In this document: piece after piece, positions 29,038-39,500 of the stretch
Layout of the letters: each line of letters begins with the position of its first letter
Numbering within the stretch: position 1 is the stretch's first letter
DNA from: an uncultured delta proteobacterium
Lineage (GTDB): Bacteria > Desulfobacterota > Binatia > UBA9968
Assembly: GCA_963771465.1 (NCBI GenBank)
Contig: CAVYTU010000018.1
Coordinates: forward strand, 1 to 64,000
Length of the DNA stretch: 64,000 nt
Direction of reading: 5' to 3'
Program-made: the position numbers and the translations under genes
The notes under the pieces: model-generated
What the model was told of the DNA's origin: nothing
Database searches by the model: none
The model's input: the letters and a program-made list of their open reading frames with translations, nothing else

Positions 29038-29395
29038 CTAGTGCGCCATGCTCGGATCGAGCGCCTCGGCAAAGGCGATGTGATTGCCATCCAAGTCGGT
29101 AATCATCAACGGTCTTCACCGTTTGCCCTGAAGTTCTTGCCAACGTATTGATTCCAAGGCCGCTGAGGTGCGCGATTTGTTCATCAATATTCTGCACCGC
29201 CAACGTGAAGGATCCGGAGCCTGCGCGTTCGGGGAGTTGGTAGACCTGTAGCCAACCACCGCGCGTGAACTTCCACTCCGCTACCTCCGGCATAGGCCGT
29301 GAATCCGGCGGCCGGCCAAAAACTTTTTCATACCACGCAATCGCAGTGACCAAGTCCTTGACCGCCACGCTCGCCAATGCATTCAAGATCGGCAT
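29038..29395 (-). CDS. VOC/glyoxalase family protein, +1 frameshift at about 29108
   Basis: AVKDLVTAIAWYEKVFGR; C-terminus ITDLDGNHIAFAE in an adjacent frame. Confidence 0.8.
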
Positions 29396-29482
29396 AGATT
29401 CTGTTAGCCCGCCAAAGCTCGGCCAGCTGGATACGACGACCGGCGAGATGTCGCGGGCCGATCGACATCCAGCCTTTTAATC

Positions 29483-29965
29483 CTATCGCTCTCTTACCGC
29501 GTCGATTTTTTGTCCTTCTCTGATCGTACCGCGCCACGCGCCGCTTTCGTAGCCGCGGTTTTCGATAAATTCTTTGAAGTGCTCAAGATCGTTTTCGATG
29601 CGTCTGGAAACGAAGCCGGCCGCGTCGCCGGCGTTTTCGATAAATCCCTGAGGATCGTAAGAAATCTCTAATGTCACCCGGGTGCGATCCTCCCCTAGTT
29701 TCGCGAAATCTACCATCCCAGAAGTGTACTCGCCGGACTCAGACGTCCAGGCGATGCGATCATCGGGGATTTGTTCGGTGATCTTGGCGGTCCATTCTTT
29801 ATCCACTCCGGCGATCTCCGCGCGCCAGTGAAGGCGCTGATCGTCGAGCTGTCGGACTTCTTTCACGCCATCCATGAACCTGGGAAATTCTTCAAACTGC
29901 GTCCATTGATTGTAGACGTGGCTGAGCGGACAATCGACCTTAATCGATTTTTTTATACGTACCAT
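29483..29965 (-). CDS. SRPBCC family protein, copy 2
   Basis: Near-identical to 18427..18897. Confidence 0.9.
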   Translation of the reverse strand: MVRIKKSIKVDCPLSHVYNQWTQFEEFPRFMDGVKEVRQLDDQRLHWRAEIAGVDKEWTAKITEQIPDDRIAWTSESGEYTSGMVDFAKLGEDRTRVTLEISYDPQGFIENAGDAAGFVSRRIENDLEHFKEFIENRGYESGAWRGTIREGQKIDAVRER

Positions 29966-30101
29966 GGAACATTCCTCCCTCCCGTGATATTCGGACTTCA
30001 GCCGAGTAACAGCGCAACCGGCCGCGGCCGTCCTGTGAAGCGGTAATAACCGTCAAAAGTTTTGCGGCTGCTCACGTCATAGGGCAGCCGTCGACGCCGC
30101 A

Positions 30102-30728
30102 CTAAGCCGCCTTCTGATGCACTTTGTGCAATCGTTCTTCTATGGCTTGCCAATTCATATTCGCGAAAAACGCGTCGATGTATTTCGCCCGTTCGGCCGG
30201 TTTGTAGTCGAGCAGGAACGCGTGTTCCCAGACGTCCATCACCAGCACCGGGTTGTAACCGGCGACGTTGCCGATTTCGTGCAAAGAGATCCAGTGATTG
30301 GATAGCCGGTCGTTGGACGGATCCTGGTAACAGATTGCCCAGCCAACGCCGCGCATTTTGCCGATGCCGGAAAAGTCGGCTTTCCACACGTCATAGTCAC
30401 CGAAGCTCGACGTCGCCGCTTTGGCGAATGATGATTTTGCTGGTGGTTGTCCGCCGCCGTCTCGTTTGAGGTTGCCGAAATAGTATTCATGCAACACCAT
30501 ACCGTTGTACTCAAAACCGAGGCGGCGTTTGAGTTCCGAATAAGCCGGCATTTCCTCTTGATCGACTTTGCCGTCTTTCAAGATCGCGGCGATCTTTTCT
30601 TGAAGGTTATTGGTTTCTTTGACGTAGCCTTCATATAACTTAAAATGCATCTCCAATGTTTGATCGGAAATGCCCTTCAGGCCGCTCAGATTGAATTGCT
30701 TGGGTCGATAGATTCGATTGCTTTCCAT
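30102..30728 (-). CDS. sod: Fe/Mn superoxide dismutase family protein
   Basis: EMHFKLYEGYV, LHEYYF, GVGWA, MDVWEHAF. Confidence 0.9.
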   Translation of the reverse strand: MESNRIYRPKQFNLSGLKGISDQTLEMHFKLYEGYVKETNNLQEKIAAILKDGKVDQEEMPAYSELKRRLGFEYNGMVLHEYYFGNLKRDGGGQPPAKSSFAKAATSSFGDYDVWKADFSGIGKMRGVGWAICYQDPSNDRLSNHWISLHEIGNVAGYNPVLVMDVWEHAFLLDYKPAERAKYIDAFFANMNWQAIEERLHKVHQKAA

Positions 30729-30831
30729 GATTACCTCTCCTTAATTTGGTTTGCTTATAGCAAATCAAAGCCCGGCCTTTGATCTGCAAGTTGCTCCCCT
30801 GGTTTTTCGTCGCCCTGATACTATTTTAACT

Positions 30832-30846
30832 ACAAACGACGTGCCA
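30832..30846 (-). promoter_or_regulatory. sigma54-like motif
   Basis: TGGCAC-GTCGT-TTGT (one mismatch at -12) upstream of sod. Confidence 0.45.
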
Positions 30847-31134
30847 AAAACGTTTCGTCCACGCATTCGCTTTAATTCAAGCAATTTAGAACTGTACTGA
30901 TCTTGCTTAGATGATGTTTGTCGGCTTTTTCCCAACGCGGAGGCAGGAAAATCCAACTTCAAGGACAGATTCGGAAGGAACTTTCATATTTCGGTCGAAA
31001 CGTTCGACGATATGCTCAGTTGTTGAATCGCAAATGAGGCTAGCTCTCCTAACGGACGAAAGCCTCGAGCACGCAGGGACGGAGCTCGCCGAGCCGGCAA
31101 ACAGGCTACGACGAAGTTCACCTGCGCGGCACAC

Positions 31135-31854
31135 TCACACGTTAGTGCCGTAACCAAGGTCCGCATACCAATCACCCCGCCCCTGGGGAGTGAGATCGAG
31201 GACATGGTAAACCGGACACAGCAGATCAAGGCCGCGCTCTTTAATGTCGTTCGATAGAGACGGATGCGCTGTGTAGAAGTGGCGCAGGGTGCCGTCATGG
31301 TCTCGAGTAAATACCGAAACCGTCGAGTCCTGATTCCCCTCGCGGTCTTCGCTACCGAGATCGTATTTGAACGTATTGTCGCCGCAACTGAGGAGCCGCA
31401 GTCGGTGCCAACCGCGCGCGCGTGCATGGAGTCGCAGCGCCTTCGGATCGGCGGCGGCGACGATGGCAAGGTCGACGTTCTGAGCCAAATGGTGCGCGAC
31501 ACCATTCCAACCGTCGATAACGAGTGTGCACATTGGGCATGGGGTGGTCTTCTTCTTGCCGAACATAAAGTGATAGACGACCAGCGATCGATCAGGCGCA
31601 CTGAACAGTTCGCTCAGGTGGACGGTGCGGATCGGCGTGTCGCCGCCATCGAGGTTGGACGGACCTTCTTGGAATGCGTAGTCCTGAATCGACGCGCCTT
31701 GCGGCAGCCCACGGCGAAGCTCTGCTATTCGCTCACGCTGGCGCATCAGCTCAATTTCCGCCAGCCGTAGTTCCTCGCGCTTTGACAAATATCCGTCGGA
31801 TTCGTTGGACAAATTGGTTTGTCGAAACGTAGCATTGGTCTTCTCGTGGGCCAT
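31135..31854 (-). CDS. DUF899 thioredoxin-like protein
   Basis: ELRRGLP, VYHFMF..CPMCT, LDLTPQGR. Confidence 0.88.
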   Translation of the reverse strand: MAHEKTNATFRQTNLSNESDGYLSKREELRLAEIELMRQRERIAELRRGLPQGASIQDYAFQEGPSNLDGGDTPIRTVHLSELFSAPDRSLVVYHFMFGKKKTTPCPMCTLVIDGWNGVAHHLAQNVDLAIVAAADPKALRLHARARGWHRLRLLSCGDNTFKYDLGSEDREGNQDSTVSVFTRDHDGTLRHFYTAHPSLSNDIKERGLDLLCPVYHVLDLTPQGRGDWYADLGYGTNV

Positions 31855-32200
31855 CGGTCATACCTCCTTAGAGTTTAATCAAAATATTTGTGTCAACATT
31901 TGGTAGTGCGTTTGTCCGCCTGACACCCTAAAGCAGATGTTTTTTGCTGCTTATGAAAATTATGCCGGATTGTAAGGAGATTTGAAGTATGCACCATAAG
32001 ATTATTGCGCCAACAGCTCGGTGTCTGCATGCGCGAAAGCAAGATTGATAATGTCTGAGAATGGACGGCGTTATGAATTCAATTGTCGCGGCTGAGGGCT
32101 CATGTGGGTTTTGCTTGATGCGCAATTTGAACTGCTTGACATACGCCTAGCGGACAAACTAGCTTCCAGCCACGACGGCCAAATCACACGGAGGTGGCGC

Positions 32201-33232
32201 ATGGCGAATGCACTTGGCGTATTTTTGCTCCCGATCTTTATCGCGGTATCGTTGGTCTCGGCGCTGGCTGCTTCGGTGGAGGACTTCTACAAGGGCAAAA
32301 CCATCCAGTTCGTCGTCGGGAGCACGGCAGGTGGAGGCTACGATACCTACACTCGGCTGTTAGCGCGCCACTTCGCTCAATACGTTCCGGGCAAACCCTC
32401 CACGATCGTCCAGAATATGCCGGGAGCGGCCATGCTGATCGCGGCCAATTACATCTTTAATAGCGCTCCTCGTGATGGAACGGTCATCGGGCACTGGTCT
32501 GGCCCTCTGATTCTACAGCACATGATGGGAAACTCCGCGGTGCAATTTGACGGGCGTAAGTTTGGTTGGGTCGGTATGCCTACGGCGGATTCCCTAATAT
32601 GTATAACCACCGAACGCAGCGGCATCAAGACGGCAGAGGATTGGCGCAAGGCCAAAACGCGAGTCAAACTGGGGGCGATTGGCCCGGGTACCAGCGGAAC
32701 CGATGATACCAAACTGCTGGCCGCGGCCACGGATTTCCCCCTGCAGCTCGTCGAGGGCTATAAGGGTACAGCCGACATCAGGGTTGCAGTGGACACAGGG
32801 GAACTCGATGGTACCTGCGCCTTTGGTTGGCAGTCGGCGAAAGTGACATGGGCCGGCGCGCTGCGGGAACGACAAGTTCATGTTGTGCTGCAGACGACGC
32901 TTGATGCTCATCCCGAGCTGAAAGGCGTCCCTCTCGCTGTCGATTACGCAAAGACCGAGGAAGGAAAAAAACTCTTGCGGATAGCGGGTGATTTGTACGG
33001 CAAACAAAGACTCTATTCTCTGCCGCCACAAGTTCCCGAACAGCGCCTGCGGACACTGCAGCAAGCCTTCATCGCTACTCTGAAAGATGCTCAGCTTCTG
33101 GCCGAGGCGGACAAGGCCAAGCTCGAGATCGAACCTGTCGATGGACCCGGCATAGAAAAGATGGTGCATGGCTTGTATGAAATCGAGCCCGCCATCGTGA
33201 ATCGAGTGAAACAGTTACTGGCATCAAAATAA
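32201..33232 (+). CDS. TctC/Bug-like substrate-binding protein
   Basis: FYKGKTI, AGGGYDTYTR, NMPGA, GYKGT; upstream TTGACA-18-TAGCTT. Confidence 0.88.
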   Translation: MANALGVFLLPIFIAVSLVSALAASVEDFYKGKTIQFVVGSTAGGGYDTYTRLLARHFAQYVPGKPSTIVQNMPGAAMLIAANYIFNSAPRDGTVIGHWSGPLILQHMMGNSAVQFDGRKFGWVGMPTADSLICITTERSGIKTAEDWRKAKTRVKLGAIGPGTSGTDDTKLLAAATDFPLQLVEGYKGTADIRVAVDTGELDGTCAFGWQSAKVTWAGALRERQVHVVLQTTLDAHPELKGVPLAVDYAKTEEGKKLLRIAGDLYGKQRLYSLPPQVPEQRLRTLQQAFIATLKDAQLLAEADKAKLEIEPVDGPGIEKMVHGLYEIEPAIVNRVKQLLASK

Positions 33233-33297
33233 GTTCGGGTCTGCGGATCGTAGAGCTATACGGGTGTCAGTTTACCCAAGCAGTAGAGGAATGACTC

Positions 33298-33888
33298 ATG
33301 AAACGGAATCTTGCTTTGCTGCTGGGAATTCACTGTGCGGCATGTACGATCGGAGGTCGTGAGCGGCCACCGGCTATTTTCGTCAATCCAGTCACCCAAC
33401 ATATCATCGACTGCGAATCCGAGGGACGACGGGCTGGCAATACTGCCGAGGCGAATTGCATAGTAAAAGGGCAGCAGTCTGCGGGTTATGTTTCGCTAAA
33501 AGACTTGGAAGCGTCAGCATCAAAGCCAATACCGTCTCAGCCATTGCCAGCGTTAGACCATCAAGCTAAGACAAAACCGCCGGAGGTGAAGTCAGGAGTT
33601 GAAAAAAGTCGCGCTGAAGTCATGGAGAAAATGGCGGAGACCCGCGCGGGCGCCGAAAGGCTTCTGGCGCTCCGCATCGAGGAAGTGATGGGACTGACGA
33701 AAAATTATCGCCAGCGCCGCCTGCTTTATGACGGCGGAGAGATTTCGCTGGGTGATCTAGAGCAGACGGAGCGTGATCTCGCTGTGGCCGTCGAGCGGGT
33801 CGAAGCGGACAAACGCTGGATCGTCGAGGCTGACAGGACGCTGAAAGAGATGAGCATGCGCGATGAACTGCTACGGAGCCCGAAATAA
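33298..33888 (+). CDS. Hypothetical lipoprotein with coiled-coil C-terminus
   Basis: Lipobox-like CAAC; RBS agagga. Confidence 0.6.
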   Translation: MKRNLALLLGIHCAACTIGGRERPPAIFVNPVTQHIIDCESEGRRAGNTAEANCIVKGQQSAGYVSLKDLEASASKPIPSQPLPALDHQAKTKPPEVKSGVEKSRAEVMEKMAETRAGAERLLALRIEEVMGLTKNYRQRRLLYDGGEISLGDLEQTERDLAVAVERVEADKRWIVEADRTLKEMSMRDELLRSPK

Positions 33889-33980
33889 CATTAAATATAG
33901 ACGTACATATACCGGCCCACATAAGGACAATGCTGGCGTTTCTGTCGGCGCGTGAAAATCAAGGGCATTGAGAGTTTGTC

Positions 33981-34877
33981 ATGATGGGCATGCCTGACGT
34001 CGGCGTCGTATTGAAGCATCCGGGTACTTTCGCGGTCCAGACGCTAAAAAACTTTCGTGCCAATCAGGGACTGCTTCTGGCGGGCGCCGTCGCTTACTAC
34101 GCGCTGCTCTCTATTGTTCCGCTGCTCATTCTTACCGTCATCGGGCTCTCCTACGTTATCGATCAGGCGGAGTTGCTCGTTACGCTCGGCCGCTATCTGG
34201 AATGGCTAATTCCGGGGCAATCCGAATTGATCGTGGCTGAGCTGACGAACTTTCTTGATCATCGCGACGTCATTGGCTGGGTGCTATTGGCGACAATGAT
34301 ATTTTTCAGCTCCCTCGCATTCACGGTTCTGGAGAACGCGATGTCGGTAATTTTTATTCACCGGATCGCCATCCGCAGGCGCCATTTTCTCGTCTCTGCG
34401 CTACTTCCTTATTGTTACATCGTGTTCCTGGGAGTCGGTGTGTTATTGGTAACGCTGGTCTCCGGCAGCCTGCAGGCGATGGGGCAGGAAAGCGTTGATT
34501 TTTTGGGGCGTAACTGGTCCCTTGGCGGCGTTTCTGGCGTGCTTCTCTATCTGCTCGGATTGGGCGGAGAAATCTTCGTAATCACATCCGTCTACCTGGT
34601 CATGCCGGTGGGACGGCTGTCGCTGCGCCACGCGCTGATCGGCGGCGTCACGGCGGCACTGCTTTGGGAGCTCACTCGCCATGTGCTCGTCTGGTACTTC
34701 GCCACTCTGTCACAGGTCGGTCTAGTCTACGGATCACTGACGACGGCAATCGCGGTACTGCTGAGCTTGGATCTCGCGGCGACATTGCTGTTGCTGGGCG
34801 CCCAAGTCATCTCCGAATATGAGCGCGCATTAAGAGCCAATCAAGAAGGAGCGCCACAGCGCTTGCGCACCAAGTGA
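33981..34877 (+). CDS. YihY/BrkB family membrane protein
   Basis: AGAVAYYALLSIVP, VYGSL, LLGAQV. Confidence 0.9.
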   Translation: MMGMPDVGVVLKHPGTFAVQTLKNFRANQGLLLAGAVAYYALLSIVPLLILTVIGLSYVIDQAELLVTLGRYLEWLIPGQSELIVAELTNFLDHRDVIGWVLLATMIFFSSLAFTVLENAMSVIFIHRIAIRRRHFLVSALLPYCYIVFLGVGVLLVTLVSGSLQAMGQESVDFLGRNWSLGGVSGVLLYLLGLGGEIFVITSVYLVMPVGRLSLRHALIGGVTAALLWELTRHVLVWYFATLSQVGLVYGSLTTAIAVLLSLDLAATLLLLGAQVISEYERALRANQEGAPQRLRTK

Positions 34878-35106
34878 GAGCGTTTTTGTTATCGGCGAGC
34901 TTGAGCGGATGGGAAGCGAATGAGATCTGCCTGATTGCTATTTTGTCTTTGCGCCAATCGGTCAATTTAGCAGGATCGATGCAAGCCATTCGTGAGTGTC
35001 TTGCTTGAAGGCGGTAAAAAAGGGCCTTCCGTTGCGGGTCTATACCCGAAAGAGCTAATATCAACACAGACGATGTTTGCGGAGATTTACTGTAGGGAGC
35101 AATTCT

Positions 35107-36945
35107 TTGAGTCAATCATCAAAACGTATTGCACTTGGATTGGTCTTGGCGCTGGTTTTATTCGGGATTGTCAGCGTTTTTAATAACCAATACCGGCGTG
35201 AACCGGAAATTGTTTTTAGCGAATTTCTCGCCAGTGTCGAGCGCGGCGACGTTCGAGAAGTCGTGATCCAGGGATATAATATTACCGGCCAATACAAGAA
35301 CGGCGGACAATTTAGAACTTATGCGCCCGATGATCCAGAGCTGGTGAAGTCATTACGAGCGCAGGAAGTAAAGGTCGCAGCAAAGCCCGAGGATGAATCG
35401 CCGTGGTACATGATGCTCTTGCTGAACTGGTTTCCCATGCTGCTTCTCATCGGCGTGTGGATATTTTTTATGCGCCAGATCCAGGTGGGCGGCGGTAAGG
35501 CGATGTCTTTTGGCAAGAGCCGCGCAAAATTGCTGACTGAGAATCAACATCGCATCACCTTTAGCGATGTCGCCGGTGTGGACGAGGCCAAAGATGATTT
35601 GCAAGAGATCATCGCATTCCTGAAAGACCCAAAAAAATTCACCAAACTTGGCGGCAGAATTCCCAAAGGGTGTTTGCTCGTCGGCGCCCCGGGAACTGGC
35701 AAGACACTGTTGGCTCGTGCCATCGCGGGCGAAGCCAAAGTCCCGTTCTTCAGCATCAGTGGTTCCGATTTCGTAGAAATGTTCGTCGGGGTCGGTGCCT
35801 CTCGTGTTCGTGATCTCTTCGTTCAGGGTAAAAAGCAGGCGCCTTGCATCATCTTTATCGACGAAATCGACGCCGTCGGACGCCACCGCGGCGCTGGCTT
35901 CGGTGGCGGCAATGACGAGCGAGAACAGACGTTGAACCAGCTGCTGGTGGAAATGGATGGATTCGAGTCCAACGAGGGAGTTATTCTGATCGCCGCAACC
36001 AACCGGCCCGACGTATTGGATCCCGCGTTGCTCCGTCCGGGGCGGTTCGATCGGCAAGTTGTCGTACCACGGCCGGACATCAGAGGGCGAGAAGGTATCT
36101 TGCAGGTGCACACCCGCAAGGTTCCCTTGGCAGCGGACGTGGATGTGAACGTTTTGGCGCGATCCACCCCCGGGCTTACCGGCGCGGACTTGGAGAGTCT
36201 CGTCAATGAAGCAGCTTTGTTGGCAGCACGGAATGACAAGGAAAATGTCAACATGCTCGACTTGGAGATGGCCAAAGACAAAGTCATGATGGGCGCCGAA
36301 CGGCGCAGCATGATCATCAGTGACGAAGAAAAGCGCAATACGGCCTATCATGAGGCGGGGCATGCCTTGGTGGCGAAACTACTGCCGGGCGCCGATCCGA
36401 TCCACAAAGTGACGATCATTCCCCGCGGCATGGCTTTGGGTCTGACGCAGCAACTGCCCGTGGACGAAATGCATACCTATCCCAGGGAATATCTGCTCAA
36501 TAAATTGGTCATCCTATTTGGCGGCCGCGTGGCCGAAGAGCTCGTGCTCGAGCACGTGACGACGGGCGCGGGGAACGATATCGAAAAAGCCACGGATTTG
36601 GTGCGCCGGATGGTGTGCGAGTGGGGAATGAGCGAAAAACTAGGGCCAATGACTTTCGGTAAGAAAGAAGAAGAGATTTTTCTAGGAAGAGATTTTACCC
36701 AGAAAACAGACTATTCCAAGACAACGGCGATTGAGATCGACGCTGAAATCAGGCGCATTATCCAGGAGAGCTACCATCGGGCGAAGGACCTATTAACGAC
36801 GAATCTCCGTCTGCTCCATAAAGTCGCGGAGCAGTTGCTCGAAAAAGAAGTTCTGGACGGTTCGGAGGTTGACGCCATCGTCAAAGCCTTCAGCCTTAAC
36901 GGTGGAGATCCGTTCGTACCGACCTGTGCGGCGGTCGTTGTTTGA
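35107..36945 (+). CDS. ftsH: ATP-dependent zinc metalloprotease FtsH
   Basis: Two TM helices, [26 protein letters not shown]. Confidence 0.97.
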   Translation: MSQSSKRIALGLVLALVLFGIVSVFNNQYRREPEIVFSEFLASVERGDVREVVIQGYNITGQYKNGGQFRTYAPDDPELVKSLRAQEVKVAAKPEDESPWYMMLLLNWFPMLLLIGVWIFFMRQIQVGGGKAMSFGKSRAKLLTENQHRITFSDVAGVDEAKDDLQEIIAFLKDPKKFTKLGGRIPKGCLLVGAPGTGKTLLARAIAGEAKVPFFSISGSDFVEMFVGVGASRVRDLFVQGKKQAPCIIFIDEIDAVGRHRGAGFGGGNDEREQTLNQLLVEMDGFESNEGVILIAATNRPDVLDPALLRPGRFDRQVVVPRPDIRGREGILQVHTRKVPLAADVDVNVLARSTPGLTGADLESLVNEAALLAARNDKENVNMLDLEMAKDKVMMGAERRSMIISDEEKRNTAYHEAGHALVAKLLPGADPIHKVTIIPRGMALGLTQQLPVDEMHTYPREYLLNKLVILFGGRVAEELVLEHVTTGAGNDIEKATDLVRRMVCEWGMSEKLGPMTFGKKEEEIFLGRDFTQKTDYSKTTAIEIDAEIRRIIQESYHRAKDLLTTNLRLLHKVAEQLLEKEVLDGSEVDAIVKAFSLNGGDPFVPTCAAVVV

Positions 36946-37098
36946 GTAGACCCGTATACCTAAACCAACTTGATGAAAGGCCAGTCTGAGCTGGCCCGAG
37001 TACAGCGCATGCGATTGTGCGTACCGCGGTAGGCCTACCCATTGTTTTGAATGCATCCCACCGAAATATGCCAGGTTTCAGGGGAAGTGCGTAATCTT

Positions 37099-37845
37099 AT
37101 GACTCGCTGGAAAAAGGAAAACATCGGCCTCATCGCGAGAAAATGTGGACGGCTCGTCAAATATCTCGAAGCAAAGAATCACATCTTGCTGCTCACGACG
37201 AGCACTCGATACCAGGAGCATCCCTGGGATATCCCAAAGACTACACAACTCGCACTTCAAATCGAAAAGCATTTGAAGCAAAAAGGAAAGTACGTGACGG
37301 TAATCGATGTTGCGAATCTCAGGATCCATACCTGCGAGGGAAATATTAGCGCGAAGCGGGGCAACAATTGCGGCGTGCTCGAAGCTAAGCTGCGCGACAA
37401 GAACAAGAACCCAACGGGCCAGCATCGGTGCTGGGCCTCGATCAATAACAAGGATGACCAACTCTACAAGATCAGCCGCGAATTATTCAAATCGCAGGCG
37501 GTGGTCTTTTTCGTCTCCGTGCGATGGGGACAAACGAACAGCGTGTATCAACGCCTCTTCGAACGCCTAAGCTGGATCGAGAACAGGGTTACCTCACTTG
37601 GAGAAAAGCCTATACCCCAGTTAAAGAAGCTCGAGGCCGGAATCATTCTGTTCGGTCACAACTGGAACGACCAACAAGTTCTGAAGACTCAGAAACAGAA
37701 CTTCGAATGGTTTGGATGGAAAACGCCCGAGGCGCTTAGCTTCAACTGGCAATACACCAAAGATGCGGATGAGGAATCCCCGGAGTCCTACAATGATGCT
37801 GTAGCGGAATTCGGAGTGCTGCTACAGTTAGCGCTCCCACGCTAA
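37099..37845 (+). CDS. Flavodoxin / NADPH-FMN-reductase-fold protein with three Cys
   Basis: LLLTTSTR, CEGNIS..NNC..HRCWAS, VFFVSVRWG. Confidence 0.7.
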   Translation: MTRWKKENIGLIARKCGRLVKYLEAKNHILLLTTSTRYQEHPWDIPKTTQLALQIEKHLKQKGKYVTVIDVANLRIHTCEGNISAKRGNNCGVLEAKLRDKNKNPTGQHRCWASINNKDDQLYKISRELFKSQAVVFFVSVRWGQTNSVYQRLFERLSWIENRVTSLGEKPIPQLKKLEAGIILFGHNWNDQQVLKTQKQNFEWFGWKTPEALSFNWQYTKDADEESPESYNDAVAEFGVLLQLALPR

Positions 37846-37944
37846 TCCGCCCGGTCTCCTCGAGTCAAGGTCAGGCACGGGGCGGAGTGAGCTAGCTCGG
37901 GTTTGAATCCACGGAGCCTAAAGATTTTTCAACGAGGAGGAGAC

Positions 37945-38205
37945 GTGAAGCTTTCTGTAAAATCCTTAATGATCGCAGCAGCCCTCCTCAAGGCGCTTTG
38001 TTTTCTCTTCGTCTCTCTGTGTAATTTAATCTTGCCTCCTTATGGTGGGGCGTTTCTCGCACTGCTGACTTCTTTGTATCTAGGCTATGATCCCACGGCG
38101 GGTCCCGTCAGCGTGCTCCTCGGTACTCTGTACTCGCTGATTGCCGGCGCCGTTGCTGGCGCACTCTTCGGCTGGCTTTATAATAGTTTTGTTGAAAGAT
38201 TCTGA
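37945..38205 (+). CDS. Small two-TM membrane protein
   Basis: RBS gaggagg; hydrophobic; ends GALFGWLYN. Confidence 0.75.
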   Translation: MKLSVKSLMIAAALLKALCFLFVSLCNLILPPYGGAFLALLTSLYLGYDPTAGPVSVLLGTLYSLIAGAVAGALFGWLYNSFVERF

Positions 38206-38333
38206 CGTTAGTTCTGTAGGGGACGGCGCTCGGTGCGGTGTGTGCGGATGCTTTTACATCTTGATGAGTCAAATCGACCGAGGGAGACACCGAAGGTGGC
38301 CGTCTGTCTCACGAAGCAATAAGAAGTTTGTTT

Positions 38334-38736
38334 CTAACGCCCGAGCACTTCAACAGTTCCTTTGCCTTCGCGGCGATTGATGCTCTTGTAATTGAAATCG
38401 ATTCGCTTGATGGTTCGACGTTCGCCGGGGAGATCGATAATACGGCTGGCGGATTTTTCAGTGAATTTATGCCGTAATTTGGGTGTGAAGGTTGTATCGT
38501 TGCCAAAGGTCACTGACCATATTAGAGACTTCGATGGGCGCATTCTTGGCCCTAATCTGAAGCTGTTTAAACCGGCCCTCGCTACGGCCCACATCGATCT
38601 GGTCGTGATCAGCTTTGAAATCCACCTCACGTTGACCTAGAAGTTCCCAACGACCCGGCGACTGAGCGGCCTCAACCATACAGGCCGTTAATAGAATAAG
38701 AGTAACTAGCGTTAGTCCACTAATAATAGTTTTCAT
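38334..38736 (-). CDS. DUF2541/YaaI-like lipoprotein, +1 frameshift at about 38513
   Basis: LTAC, WELLGQREVDFKADHD.I.V, continued by VTFGN..SRIIDLPG..RIDF.Y in the next frame. Confidence 0.75.
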
Positions 38737-39248
38737 GTTCTCCCTCTTTCCTGGGTTGTGCATGTCTCGAATGTTTAACTTCCTTTGAAATGCCTTGTAT
38801 AGACACATGCTCTTCGATGCACATCGTGCACTGAACCGGGGACGATTACCGACCAATACTGGACGGTCTCAAAAAGAATTAGCTGATTTCAGACAAGCAT
38901 ACCGGCATCTGCAAGAAAGAATTTCGCATCGTCAGTCCTTCCGATCGGGTGTCAGGGAAGCGCCAATGGCAGCGGACCTTGCCATCACAACTCGGGTTGA
39001 TGCGATGAATGAAAATTTCTCGTAGAGCTTTGCGGCCGTCCCTTTATACGACGAGCCGATTGCTTGAATCCCTCCGTGGCTGTGTCACTTTCTGGCATTC
39101 CCGGGCGGCTGACATTCGAATCCCTCGCGCAGCATCCGCCGGAGGTTCGGACGCGCCTCGCGCCGCGAACCTCGAGTCGAGCAGAGAGACGGCGAAAATG
39201 CCCTGTCATCGCCAGGGACTCCTAGACTGGGCAATTGCGGTCTGCCAG

Positions 39249-39274
39249 CAATTTTGTCAATCGTGACGAAATTG
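39249..39274. promoter_or_regulatory. Palindromic candidate enhancer (bEBP site)
   Basis: CAATTTTGTCA-atcg-TGACGAAATTG, about 150 nt upstream of the sigma54 motif. Confidence 0.5.
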
Positions 39275-39424
39275 ACGCAGTGGCAAAAGTATGGCTGGAA
39301 TCGTTGATAACGTTTACCCCGTGACGACGTTTCTTGGAGCTCATGCTCCGAATCATCCCTTTCGGAAATTTTGCAACGGACCGGCGCGTGGCGATATTGT
39401 GCCACTACTAACGCCTTAACTTTC

Positions 39425-39439
39425 TGGCACAGCGGTTGC
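39425..39439 (+). promoter_or_regulatory. sigma54 promoter of the NRPS/PKS operon
   Basis: Perfect TGGCAC-AGCGG-TTGC. Confidence 0.8.
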
Positions 39440-39500
39440 CCTTTGCAACTATCCACTAGGTTTCGACGACCACGACTAGGGCCGAAACCGAACGGACATT

